Shown here: piece after piece, positions 9,855 through 19,500 of the stretch | Layout: each line of letters begins with the position of its first letter | How positions within the stretch are numbered: the stretch's first letter is position 1 | NCBI GenBank assembly: GCA_900617105.1 | Contig: UYFQ01000820.1 | Span: forward strand, 1-58,449 | DNA length: 58,449 bases | Reading direction: 5' to 3' | Source: Hydrurus foetidus | Lineage: Eukaryota | Translations under genes and position numbers: made by a program | The notes under the pieces: model-generated | Told to the model about the DNA's origin: nothing | What the model saw: the letters and a program-made list of their open reading frames with translations, nothing else | Database searches by the model: none

Positions 9855-9940
9855 TTGCACTGGTCTATTGGGAGAGCACGAGACTCACAACGCTCAAGGC
9901 CGTGAGTTCGAACCCTGTACAGCTCACACCCATATTTTTT
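9855..9940 (+). ncRNA. Degenerate tRNA-like / Pol III cassette inside the gypsy 3' region
   Basis: A-box-like TGGTCTATTGG (9861-9871), CTCACAA anticodon-loop-like motif, B-box-like GAGTTCGAACC (9904-9914), T6 run (9935-9940); no intact acceptor stem. Confidence 0.5.
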
Positions 9941-10047
9941 AAATTCACATAATTTAGCTTTTCTAGCGATACCCTGTATTTGATGAACTCACTGAGATGT
10001 AGTTAATACAGCGTATTTATTTTTTATCATTGTAATACATTTCACCC

Positions 10048-10060
10048 GGAAAGGGGGTGG
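10048..10060 (+). promoter_or_regulatory. Gypsy polypurine tract
   Basis: GGAAAGGGGGTGG abutting the 3' LTR. Confidence 0.85.
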
Positions 10061-10390
10061 TGTTACATTCGTTACTTCATATCAATCACACGTATGTACA
10101 TACACAACGCACGTCACTCGTAGCCACTAGTTTTTCGGACCAGTTTTCGGTTTCTGACTGTTCGACAACTTCAACTCGAGACATACTCCATCGTAGCTAA
10201 TCTCACACTCCTTTCACATCTTATTAACTACCGTTACTACAAACCCAAAACCAACTTCGACTCCTTTGAGTCAGCCAAATCCCTTGCTCAGTCCAATTCG
10301 TCTGACAAGATCCCCAGTTGCGCCAATCTGCCCAACTGGACAATTAACGTTTCATCTTCGACCAGTTCGTCGAAGCCGTGACACAGCATA
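10061..10390 (+). repeat. Gypsy 3' LTR
   Basis: Direct repeat of 2888-3217, preceded by the PPT and followed by TSD CCAC. Confidence 0.93.
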
Positions 10391-12390
10391 CCACCCTGTG
10401 AGCCCGTCTCTCTCTCTCTGGAACTGGGACCCTTGGAGCGGCTTGGTCAGCACGTTTGCATACATGTCCTCGCTCCGTAGGTACTCCACACGCACTTCTC
10501 CGGTCACCACCCGCTCTTTCACCCAGAAGTAACGTATCTGGATATGGCGCGTACGTTCCGCTCCGGATCTCCCGCGCTCCACTAGTGCCATGCAGGACTG
10601 GTTGTCCTGGTAGATGGTCACCGGCTCCATTTTGTATCCCTGTGCAATGAGAAAAGCACGGACGAAAATACCCTGGTTAGCTGAGTCGGACAACCCACCA
10701 GCTCCGCCTCCGTACTCGACTTTGTCACTATCAGCTGCTTTGATGACCGGCAGTGCACGGCCCCGACATCGCCAATTACCACACAGCTCCCCGTGTGGGA
10801 CTTCCCATCGCTGTGTACCCCGTAGGATGCATCCACGAATAGCCGTACCGAGATCCCCTCCGCACCCGGCCTTAGCAGTACGCCGCTGTCCCTAGTCCCC
10901 TGTATGTATCGCACTAAGCGCTGTAGTTTGTCGACATCGTCTGTCGTGCACTTGTGAACTCGCGTGGCTAGAAAGGCCACAGCTACGAGGCACTCCGGCT
11001 TGGTACGCTTGGCCAAGTAGAGCACCATGGCGACCACCTTGTGGAACCAGACCCTTACCGGCTCTGTTACTGCACCAGCACCCTCTCTGGTCTCGAACAG
11101 TCCCTCTGTGGCCGGTGTCCGCGCTACCCCTTTCACTCCTGATATCTTGACTATTTCGTCGCAGTACCCTGAGGTGGTGATCGTCGCCTGTCCTGGTACA
11201 TGCATATCTATAGCCATGCCGAGGTAGTTTATGACAGGCCCATGCGATAAAGTGATTGCACCGTACCTTTTGCGCAGTCCGTCGACTAGGTGGGCCATGG
11301 TCTCCTTGCTCTTGCTAGTGATGAGTAAGTCGTCCACGTGCACTGCAGCAGTACACTGGTGCCCGTCTGGGCCTATTCGGTTGAATACGCATTTGTCGCT
11401 GATATTCCGTACGTACCCCAGTTCGAGCATGGTGGCGCGCAAATTCTCATACCACAGTCCTGCGCTCTCTACGCAACCGTATAGTGCTTTCTTGAGATGT
11501 ACTGTGACTCCCCCTCTTGCATCTGTGTACTTACCGTACCTTGGATCGATGCTGATGATGATATCTGTCATGGTACGGTCAAGGCGCATGTGCACTGGCA
11601 CATCCATCGTCATGTCTGCGTTGAGATATGCTCCGCTTATGTCTACTACTGCGACGCGTCGCTTCTCATGTGCTGCTACGGTCAACAGGGTGAATACCGC
11701 ACACGTGGACACGGTTGGGGAGGATAGGTCTTCGTACAGATCCTTGTCTTGCTGGTCACCCCCTGCGACTAGTCGAGCTTTGAGCTTGAGGAAGCTTCCA
11801 TCCGGGTTGTTCTTCTGCTTCAAGAACATGGACGACCTAATAGTAGATGCTCTCTGCATCGCTGATAGCTTGCCCCCCATCACCGGTGCCCATACCCTTT
11901 TGTCTATCATCTGCCTGAGCTCCGACACGATGACCTTCTTGGCTTCGTCCCCTCTGGTGCGAAATGCTTCTTTGACGCTGATGTTGGCTGTGCTGCTCCT
12001 GCCCATTTCCTCCCTGTGGCGTTTCATCACTTCGTCTATGGTGTGCATCGACTGTGCTCCGCCTGCTAGTCTCGCGGTGGTACCCTCCGTGCTTGTCACG
12101 AACGCATCCTCGTTCGTACGGGCTGACCTAGTCACCATTCGCTCTGTTGGTGCTGGTGCTCTGCGTGGCTCTCTCACCGGCGATTGCACTGAGTGCGCGA
12201 GCTGCTGTGGGGCTGATTCGCTGTCGAGTGCAGGTGTGTCGACTGGAGTGTCGTCAGGCTCAGTCGATGGTGCGAGTGGTGGTGGTGATGGTGGTGTAAG
12301 TACGTCGCTGTCTTGCACCCTCATCTGTTCGAGGGCCTCAGTTCCGATTTCATCGGGTAAATCAGTTGTTTCCGCTGCTGCGACTGGTAC
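10391..12390 (-). CDS. pol: Copia-2 reverse transcriptase and RNase H; frame break near 10694-10696; last codons (PTVEGKN*) displaced to about 2860-2883 by the gypsy insertion
   Basis: KLKARLVAGG, LKKALYGC, VHVDDLLI (RT); FVDASY, STEAELV, YQDNQSC, ANVLTKPL (RNase H). The reconstructed empty site reads LTGWPTVEGKN-stop. Confidence 0.9.
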
Positions 12391-15167
12391 CCCCCCCCCA
12401 CATCGGAAGTAGGGATCTCGAAAATGCTGTCTGCTGGTTGTAGGTCGGTGAGTGTGGGTTGTTGGTCACTCGATCCGGCGTCGACAAGTGCATCCTGAGT
12501 GGGGGGGTTGGTAATGAAATGTGGCATTTTAGACTTGTCGAGACTGTTCGCGAATAGTAGTTCATCAAGCACATGCAATTGAGTGTTATTTATTTTCTTC
12601 CCTTCTCTGACTGCCATGGCATTCAGCGTCGCGATGACTGACTGTGGCATTGGCAGTATCTTGAATTGGTCCCTTGTGACGATTTTGCCAGTTGCCAATG
12701 ACAGCATCTTGAATGATCCAGTTCTGCTGTGTGTAGGCAGCATAACAATGCAGTCGTCAGTTCTAGATAGCATAGTGTTGTTGGTGTTAGGTACTGTACA
12801 GACGGCGTAATCCCCATAGGCGGCACGAAAGTCCAGGTTCCCGTCAACCCGCCGTCCAGAAAATAGTTCCCTCGGCGAAAGACCCCCTGGCCTTGATCCT
12901 GACTGCTGGCAGTTAATGCGGGAGACGCAGTACAGAGCTAGATAGGTTAGACAGAGTTCGGTTGGAGTGAATGGGATCCTACCGTTGAGGTGAGCGCGTG
13001 CTCGCTCCTTCACCATCTGAATCCGTCGCTCGATTCTGGCCACATGTCCGCCAGCTGCGCTGACATCCACCTCAATTCCCATAGCAAGTAGATCTAGTTT
13101 CATTTTCCCTATAGCACCTTCTCCGTCGGACATGATGACTTGCACCATAAAGTTCCTGGACTTGAGGATTGATATCATCTCGTTCAACGCTGGCTTCACT
13201 ACAGCAGCAGCACGGGAGGTCTTATCAGTGTCTAGTCGGATGAGACTCACAGCAAGTGTCATATCCAGAGGGGTGGATACAGCGATAAGTATCGCTGTTG
13301 TCTCTAGGTACATTATATCCACGCTTAGGACTTGGTGTTGCTGCGCTGGTGCTGGTGTCACTGAAATGTCCGGCACTGGAGAAGACTTCTTGTGGGTTTT
13401 TCCTCTAAGGCTGGCGAGGCATTTGCCCCAGATTGTGTGGGCGTTTCTGAAGTCGGCTTCAGAGACGCTGAAGTTGTTTCCTCCTCTGATCATTGCGATA
13501 GCCATCTCGACCGGTGGATAACCCATCCGGGCTAGCATCTCTCTGGCTGCTGCTGCCGATGCAACCTCTCGTTTCGTGAACCGAGCCATGTTGTCTCTGA
13601 CGGTCGTCACCAATGCTTGCTCCTGTATCGCCACGCTACTCGCGTCCCATACATAGAATCTTCCCGCCGACCCTGGCAGGTCCTGTCTACTGAAGTGATA
13701 CTTCGTCTTGCTGCCAGCTGGTCGAAGTGTGAAGCACCCACCCTCATGATCGTAGCTGATCTCGGCACCTCTGTCTGCCATCGCTGCGAAGGAGAGTATG
13801 TTAGCTGTTGCTCTGCGAGTGAAATATACTGGTCCGATGTCTCCAAAGTTGCCCTCCTGTTCGACTCGGACCTTCTTTGCTTCAGACTGAACTCCTTTGA
13901 GGAGGATCGCATTCTGTGATTTCCTAATGTCGGTGAGAAGCGCGGAGTTAGAGAAGATGTTAACTGACGCCTGATTGTCCAACAGCACGTGACTTTGAGT
14001 GAACAAGGCAACTTCATCTGTCGTGATGAAAGCCGCCTCGATACTCTCGTCGTCTTCCTCTACATCTTCTTCGATGTTGGTGTGCAGCGCATGCTCTCCT
14101 TCTTTGCGCTGATCGCAGTCTCTAGCGAAATGTCCCGTCTTTCCGCATACGAAACATATCACTGACGATGCTTTCTTCTTTGTCCCAGCTGTCTTTCCCT
14201 TCGATCCTTTTCCCGCGACTTTTTCCTTTGTGCTCATCAAAGAATCGGTCAAGAACGCGGAATGTTGCTCGGCGCCAAGGGGGACTCCTCTGCTCGAGCT
14301 GGTCCAGGATGACGCTACCCTGTAGGCTCCGGCTAAGGTAGAAGGGAAGCTATTCGGCAGGTTTTGTACGGCATTGTTACGCATAAGGGTCAACATACCG
14401 GTATACCTTTTCGGGTCTAACTTACTGAGAAAATCGATTGCCCTAATCGGTTCTTCGACTTCTGTCATACCAACACCTCTGTTGGCCGACACCTGGTTAT
14501 CGAACCGTGTCTTGAAGTCTCCAATTACCTCACGTTCCCCTTGTCTGAGGTAGTTGTACCTGATGGTCTGCTCATGCACATTCATTGCCCTCATCGAATC
14601 ATCTTCGCCGTAGATGTGAGTTAAATGACTCCTTCTAATGTATTCCCACAGTTTTACACTGTCGAGTCTGAGGCGAGCCGCTTCGAACCCTGGCTCCTCA
14701 CGAACCTTGGATTTGGACCCTGTTGACATTCTCGACCACATTAGTGGAAAGAGCTTTTGCTCATCGACTTTTTGCGTTTCGACTGCCTTGCGGCGTCCCT
14801 CGAATGCATTGGCGCGCAGCTTGTCGATGAGCGCCTCGGAGTACACGACAGGAGGCACCGGTGGAGGCTGTGGTCCGATCATGACATCATCGAGGTCTAC
14901 GGATTCGTCTTCCTCGTCTTCATTTTCGGTACCCGCCGTCTGAATATCCGTTTCCACTGTTTGGAAGGTGGGATTGTAATCCTCCTCGCGAGGATACGGA
15001 TGGACGTAGCTTTTGTTGGTGGTGAAGAACGTGCCTGTCATCCCGTACAGGCCGCATGCCTCGTTCTGCATGTCTTCCCTCCATTGCACCACGTTGTTGT
15101 AACGTCCGATTCTCAGCATGCACTGCTCTGCACCTGATTTTGGTTCTTCTTGTTTCTTCGGCGGCAT
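12321..15167 (-). CDS. Copia-2 Gag-protease-integrase; frame breaks at the G10 run (12390-12399)
   Basis: CCHC knuckle CFVCGKTGHFARDC; protease-like LLDNQASVNIF; integrase core LSVDIMY / MSDGEGA / ARIERRIQMVKER. Confidence 0.9.
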   Translation of the reverse strand: MPPKKQEEPKSGAEQCMLRIGRYNNVVQWREDMQNEACGLYGMTGTFFTTNKSYVHPYPREEDYNPTFQTVETDIQTAGTENEDEEDESVDLDDVMIGPQPPPVPPVVYSEALIDKLRANAFEGRRKAVETQKVDEQKLFPLMWSRMSTGSKSKVREEPGFEAARLRLDSVKLWEYIRRSHLTHIYGEDDSMRAMNVHEQTIRYNYLRQGEREVIGDFKTRFDNQVSANRGVGMTEVEEPIRAIDFLSKLDPKRYTGMLTLMRNNAVQNLPNSFPSTLAGAYRVASSWTSSSRGVPLGAEQHSAFLTDSLMSTKEKVAGKGSKGKTAGTKKKASSVICFVCGKTGHFARDCDQRKEGEHALHTNIEEDVEEDDESIEAAFITTDEVALFTQSHVLLDNQASVNIFSNSALLTDIRKSQNAILLKGVQSEAKKVRVEQEGNFGDIGPVYFTRRATANILSFAAMADRGAEISYDHEGGCFTLRPAGSKTKYHFSRQDLPGSAGRFYVWDASSVAIQEQALVTTVRDNMARFTKREVASAAAAREMLARMGYPPVEMAIAMIRGGNNFSVSEADFRNAHTIWGKCLASLRGKTHKKSSPVPDISVTPAPAQQHQVLSVDIMYLETTAILIAVSTPLDMTLAVSLIRLDTDKTSRAAAVVKPALNEMISILKSRNFMVQVIMSDGEGAIGKMKLDLLAMGIEVDVSAAGGHVARIERRIQMVKERARAHLNGRIPFTPTELCLTYLALYCVSRINCQQSGSRPGGLSPRELFSGRRVDGNLDFRAAYGDYAVCTVPNTNNTMLSRTDDCIVMLPTHSRTGSFKMLSLATGKIVTRDQFKILPMPQSVIATLNAMAVREGKKINNTQLHVLDELLFANSLDKSKMPHFITNPPTQDALVDAGSSDQQPTLTDLQPADSIFEIPTSDVGGGYQSQQRKQLIYPMKSELRPSNR

Positions 15168-15192
15168 CTCGATGCGCTGACAAGTTTAATTA

Positions 15193-15517
15193 TGTTGGGA
15201 TTTCTCTAAATCCGGATGCTTTGTGACTAATGCGACCGGAGACCCAAGGCTCGTAAAATAGGTTTGTGTTGCGTAATTACTTGATAATTAAACTTGTGCA
15301 CCGGCATCAATCAAGACGGCAACGAAGCTTTACATATCAAGACAATTGCACGTTTTCACCCATGTTGAAGACAGGTGAATGGATGGCTCCACGAGCCCAC
15401 ACATCCAACGGTCAGCGGTACGTGCGCTATGATGCACGCCGCTGTCCGTCGGGTTCCATACATATACTATACAACTACAGCAGTGTCTTTTCTCCGGATA
15501 CTCCAACACACCCAACA
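15193..15517 (-). repeat. Copia-2 5' LTR
   Basis: Direct repeat of 2401-2725; ends 25 nt before the gag ATG at 15167. Confidence 0.95.
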
Positions 15518-16547
15518 GTAACGGCCAGTTTATAGTTCATACTTTATAACAGAGCATATAATATGGAGATGAGATCAGTCATCGATCACCCACCCCAACG
15601 GATCATTAAAATATTGAGCCCGCTCTTTGCGCATTGAATTAGGAGTAAATCTGTAGGTAGCGAAGCACTGGCTGACTATCTGAAGTGACAATTTTCTTGA
15701 AGAGTTGCATCGTTTGAAAAGCTATCGTGGTTAGGTTCTCCGAATATACTGAATTCAGACAAAAATTGAGGGAAATCAGATCCTTCAGAGACTGGTTCTT
15801 ATCGATATTTGACGAGTCCAATTAGAGCAGCTATGGCTGGTCGCCGATCTTTGAATGCATTTCTCGCATTCAATTTCTTTCTCGTAATCGCTGGTTTGCT
15901 ATCTTACCGTGCCATCTACTCGGCCAGATCTAAGGAGCCAGCCATAACAGAGTCCTCTCTGAAAGCACAATCTGGTAGCTGTTGTTGCAATTGCTTCTGT
16001 GAACTTGCTCCTTTCATGACCTATGAAGCTGCAACTGTTGTTCGATACTGTATCGCTTTATCTGAGTATTACAATATCACTCATGTAGAAAATAAACTCC
16101 GTTGCAATGTTGATTTTTACTTTAATTCGTGAAAATGTTCGCCTGATAGTAACCATATAATTGCATGGTGAATCGACAGTGTCCGATCAAGGACTAGAAC
16201 CACTGGCATCAATTATTTCTACTGGTGAGAACATTTAAAATAGCAGGACGATGTTTCCGTTCGTGTTCTGCCGATTTTAGACTGTATGATCGATGTCCTG
16301 AATTACTGCTACATGACAATCTGATGCGATGATGAGTAAAAGAAAAAATCCACTTCCCGCTCATTCCTGCGTTTCATCGAGCATTACCCGATTGACTGTT
16401 GTTGGGAGGAACATTCAATACTCACAGATACAATTGATATTATTTGCAAACATTCCCAACAAAAAATTAAAATGACATCGAAAACACTCTTTTCGCCTCC
16501 CAATTTATTGAATCTATTTTATTCTTCAATGAATAGAAGACAACAAG

Positions 16548-19500
16548 ATGGATATTCAGCAACTTGGAGACATTCAGCGAAATGCTGTCGATCCTAAATA
16601 CATGACACCTGTTGAGGCGACAGCATTGATAGACAATCTGTACAGTAAAGTGCAGCATTCTGCACAGTGGATGTCCTCATTAAATGACAAGATAAACAGA
16701 TTTGACAGAGTGTCAAATCAAGAAATGCATATGATTAACAAACTGCATCGATTTTTGAAATCAGCCGGCTCGGAAATGAAAGAAAACAGTGATAAAGGTG
16801 AAAAATCTATATCAAAGATATCACTCTCTATATGTGATATTATAAGTGTGACTATGTTATAAGTTATTAATAGATTATTTGAGACGTAGTTCAGATGTGC
16901 TGTTTAGGTTCAGTTGATAAATCGTTTTTTTGATTATATGAGAGTTGATTGTGATAGTCTTTGGGTAGTTGGGTAGTAATATTTTTCTTCTGTTGTATCA
17001 TTTTGACATTATTTACTGACTGACATCTACTAACACGCTTGTCAAGAAGTGGAGCGTATGACGGTCGCTTTTCTTACAACATCAATATACCTACTATCTC
17101 CACCAATATCAACATCACATTTCCGTCACTTGTGATGTACTGACTCACTGCATAATTCTGCTGCATTATGCAAATAGTTACTGCAAACAATTTAAAAGGA
17201 GTGATCGTAACAATACACAGGAATTCAATTGGCTTCACTCATTAATGACGGATACCAATGCAACAGTGTAGAGAGAGATGCGCAGGAATACGTAGGTGCG
17301 GTACACAGTCCTCCCCCTTTCTCTCTCCCCCTCCCTCCCTGGCTTTACTAGATTTGTTCTCAACAATTTTCTTTGCCTCTTACTTATTACTATCAGACCA
17401 CCTTTCCCTTTTTTCGCGGTACTTGATGTTCTTCTCGGTCCCACTTGATATTCATTCTGTTTGTTGTAAAAGTTTACACTGCGCTGAATCTGCATCTAAT
17501 TCAAATACATCACAACTAATTTATTCACTGTCCATCTAATACTTGTAATCTCTATCATTGTTGATACCAAATTAAGTGTACACTAAATTTTATTATATAT
17601 ACGCCATTTTTCGTTCATTTCTTTTTTACTATCGCTCAAAGTAGGATTCACGATTGTTTTGTTTCATTTTTTAATTCCACTTTTCGTCATTGAATTATTG
17701 AATTATTGAAGCACGTGGCATAAGTATGGACATTTGCAGCGAAATAGAGTGGTATAAAGGTAGGTCAGCAATACGACACAACACAACACAGCACAGCACA
17801 TTAGATTAATCCATGCTACGTGCAATTAATAGTCTGACTGCACAATCAAACTAGTAACCCTTTCTCCATCTCAGTGCGCCTTATGCCTACTTCCATATCT
17901 TTCATGCCCTTCTAATCTCTCTACTGAATTCATGACATTCTGGCCTAGCATTTCTTTTATTCCGATAATCTCTCAGATTCTCCATTATCGCTTAGCGTGA
18001 CATTTTACTTTATCATTCCCTTCCCTTCCTCTCCTCTAGTCCAATTTATCAGCACCCTGTATGTCAATCCTCTTCAAGTCATGTCCTTGAATGTCCTTTG
18101 CATCTCCTGAAAACGTGCCTGTCATAACTTTCACCCATCTGCGAATTTAAAATATCAACTATCTGCAAGTGTGTCTTCCTGTCAACGAAGTTCTTTTCTA
18201 TTTTTGTTCATTGTTCTTTTTTCCTCTTTTTAGTTGCTCAACTGGCGTGGCCTTCCGTGCTGAACATTATAGATGTTGGAGCTAATAAAGGTGATAAAGA
18301 TATGCTGATATGATATGTCTTCCTTCGTAGTGTACTACAACGTAATGTACCGTAATGTGCTAAAAAGTACGATATTATACTGTTAAAAACTGCACTTTAC
18401 TATACTGTATTAGATTACATTCAAGTCAATCATACTTTACTGTGCATGAATGCGCTCTACTACAGTATCCTACACTAACTATGCTATACTAAATACCCTG
18501 TACAGTACTATAACGTACGATTCAATACCATGCTATGCTACGCTCCACTACACTATACTATGCCGCACTTTCTTCTGCTCTACTTTACTCTATTCCAATA
18601 CGCCCTACCGCGCTCTTATGCAGTGCATTATCCATCACAATCCCGCACTGCATCTAGTTCTAATACTCCCTACTCTAACTCCCATTTAAGTGCTGCACAT
18701 CATACCTTTCATTCATAACTCCAATTTCTCTCACACACATCACATATCCTATGTCATATCCATCTAGGGTATCTCGGATCTTTGTTCCTGTCCCTCTGGG
18801 GGGGAGGCGGGGTCGGGCTGTCTCCAGGACTGCTCTATGAAGTAGCCACAAGAGAGAAGGTGACAAGGACACTTATGACGTATTACAGTAATTGGGTTGC
18901 GTAGATGTATTAGATTTTGTATTCGTTGATTTCCTTTTAGTTGCGTGACTGTGTTCATCATTATTCATGACTCATGTCTTCCTCCTCAAACACAGCTAAT
19001 TCAAGTTTGGAACACCTTATCAATCGCCATCGCATCATTACACACCCAGTCCTTCTATCTTTCAATTCATTTTGTTATTTTCTCTCTCTCTCCTCTCTCT
19101 TCTACATACTTTCACTCACTTCCTCTCTCCTCCCATTCTCTCTATCTCTTGTCTTCTGTCGCCATAGGGGCATTCTTTATTCGGTACTGGTTCCCAAGTC
19201 TCCTTTTGGGTTTTCTTGCCGAGACGGTCTCACTACGGGTCCGGATCTCACCATGTTCATCCATCCATCTTACCCTACATGTTTCACTTCCTACTCCCCC
19301 CTTCCTCTCTCTACTTATACCTCTACCCATCTCTCTATCCCCTCCTTCTCTCACTTGATTGTTGCTTCTCCATCCCTCCTCTTACGCCCTCACGCCTTCT
19401 AGCCCACCCCTTCACCCCTCCCCCATCCTCCTCTTACACTCACTAATTCTATCCATCATCACAGTATACCACTGTATTGCGAATCAACTAGAGGGGCAGG

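Larger units (their letters stand above)
2888..10390 (+). mobile_element. Ty3/gypsy chromodomain-bearing LTR retrotransposon, full length
   Basis: 330-bp LTRs (2888-3217, 10061-10390) with one substitution seen (A3157/G10330); PPT before the 3' LTR; 4-bp TSD CCAC (2884-2887, 10391-10394); PR-RT-RH-IN-chromodomain order. Confidence 0.95.
2401..15517 (-). mobile_element. Copia-2: full-length Ty1/copia LTR retrotransposon, interrupted by a gypsy insertion
   Basis: Two 325-bp LTRs (2401-2725, 15193-15517) with TGTTGGG...CCCAACA termini and no differences seen by eye; 5-bp TSD GTAAC (2396-2400, 15518-15522); gag-PR-IN-RT-RH order. Confidence 0.95.
1..15551 (-). mobile_element. Copia-1: Ty1/copia LTR retrotransposon (CoDi-like), 5' part only; its 5' LTR (2126-2400 plus about 15523-15551) is interrupted by Copia-2
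   Basis: gag-PR-IN order on the minus strand. The LTR 3' end reads ...CTCTCAACA (plus 2126), 12 nt before the gag ATG. Removing Copia-2 at TSD GTAAC joins 2400 to 15523. The putative LTR 5' end TGTTATAAAG at 15551 is inferred because the partner LTR is outside the window. Confidence 0.8.

Noticed and set aside
9855..9940. Functional tRNA-Val gene
   Set aside because: Acceptor and anticodon stems do not pair properly; kept only as a tRNA-like cassette.
9218..9952. 244-aa plus-strand ORF in the gypsy 3' region as an env-like gene
   Set aside because: No signal peptide or transmembrane pattern; largely the shadow of the more protein-like minus-strand ORF.
12390..12399. Programmed frameshift between integrase and RT of Copia-2
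   Set aside because: Falls in a G10 homopolymer. Similar 1-nt losses occur in runs at 10694-10696 and 4356-4359, pointing to consensus errors or slippage mutations; raw reads are needed.
11231..12412. 393-aa plus-strand ORF
   Set aside because: Antisense shadow of the Copia-2 RT.
15639..16132. Short ORFs between the nest and the FkbM gene
   Set aside because: No motif or consistent exon structure; a 5' exon cannot be excluded.
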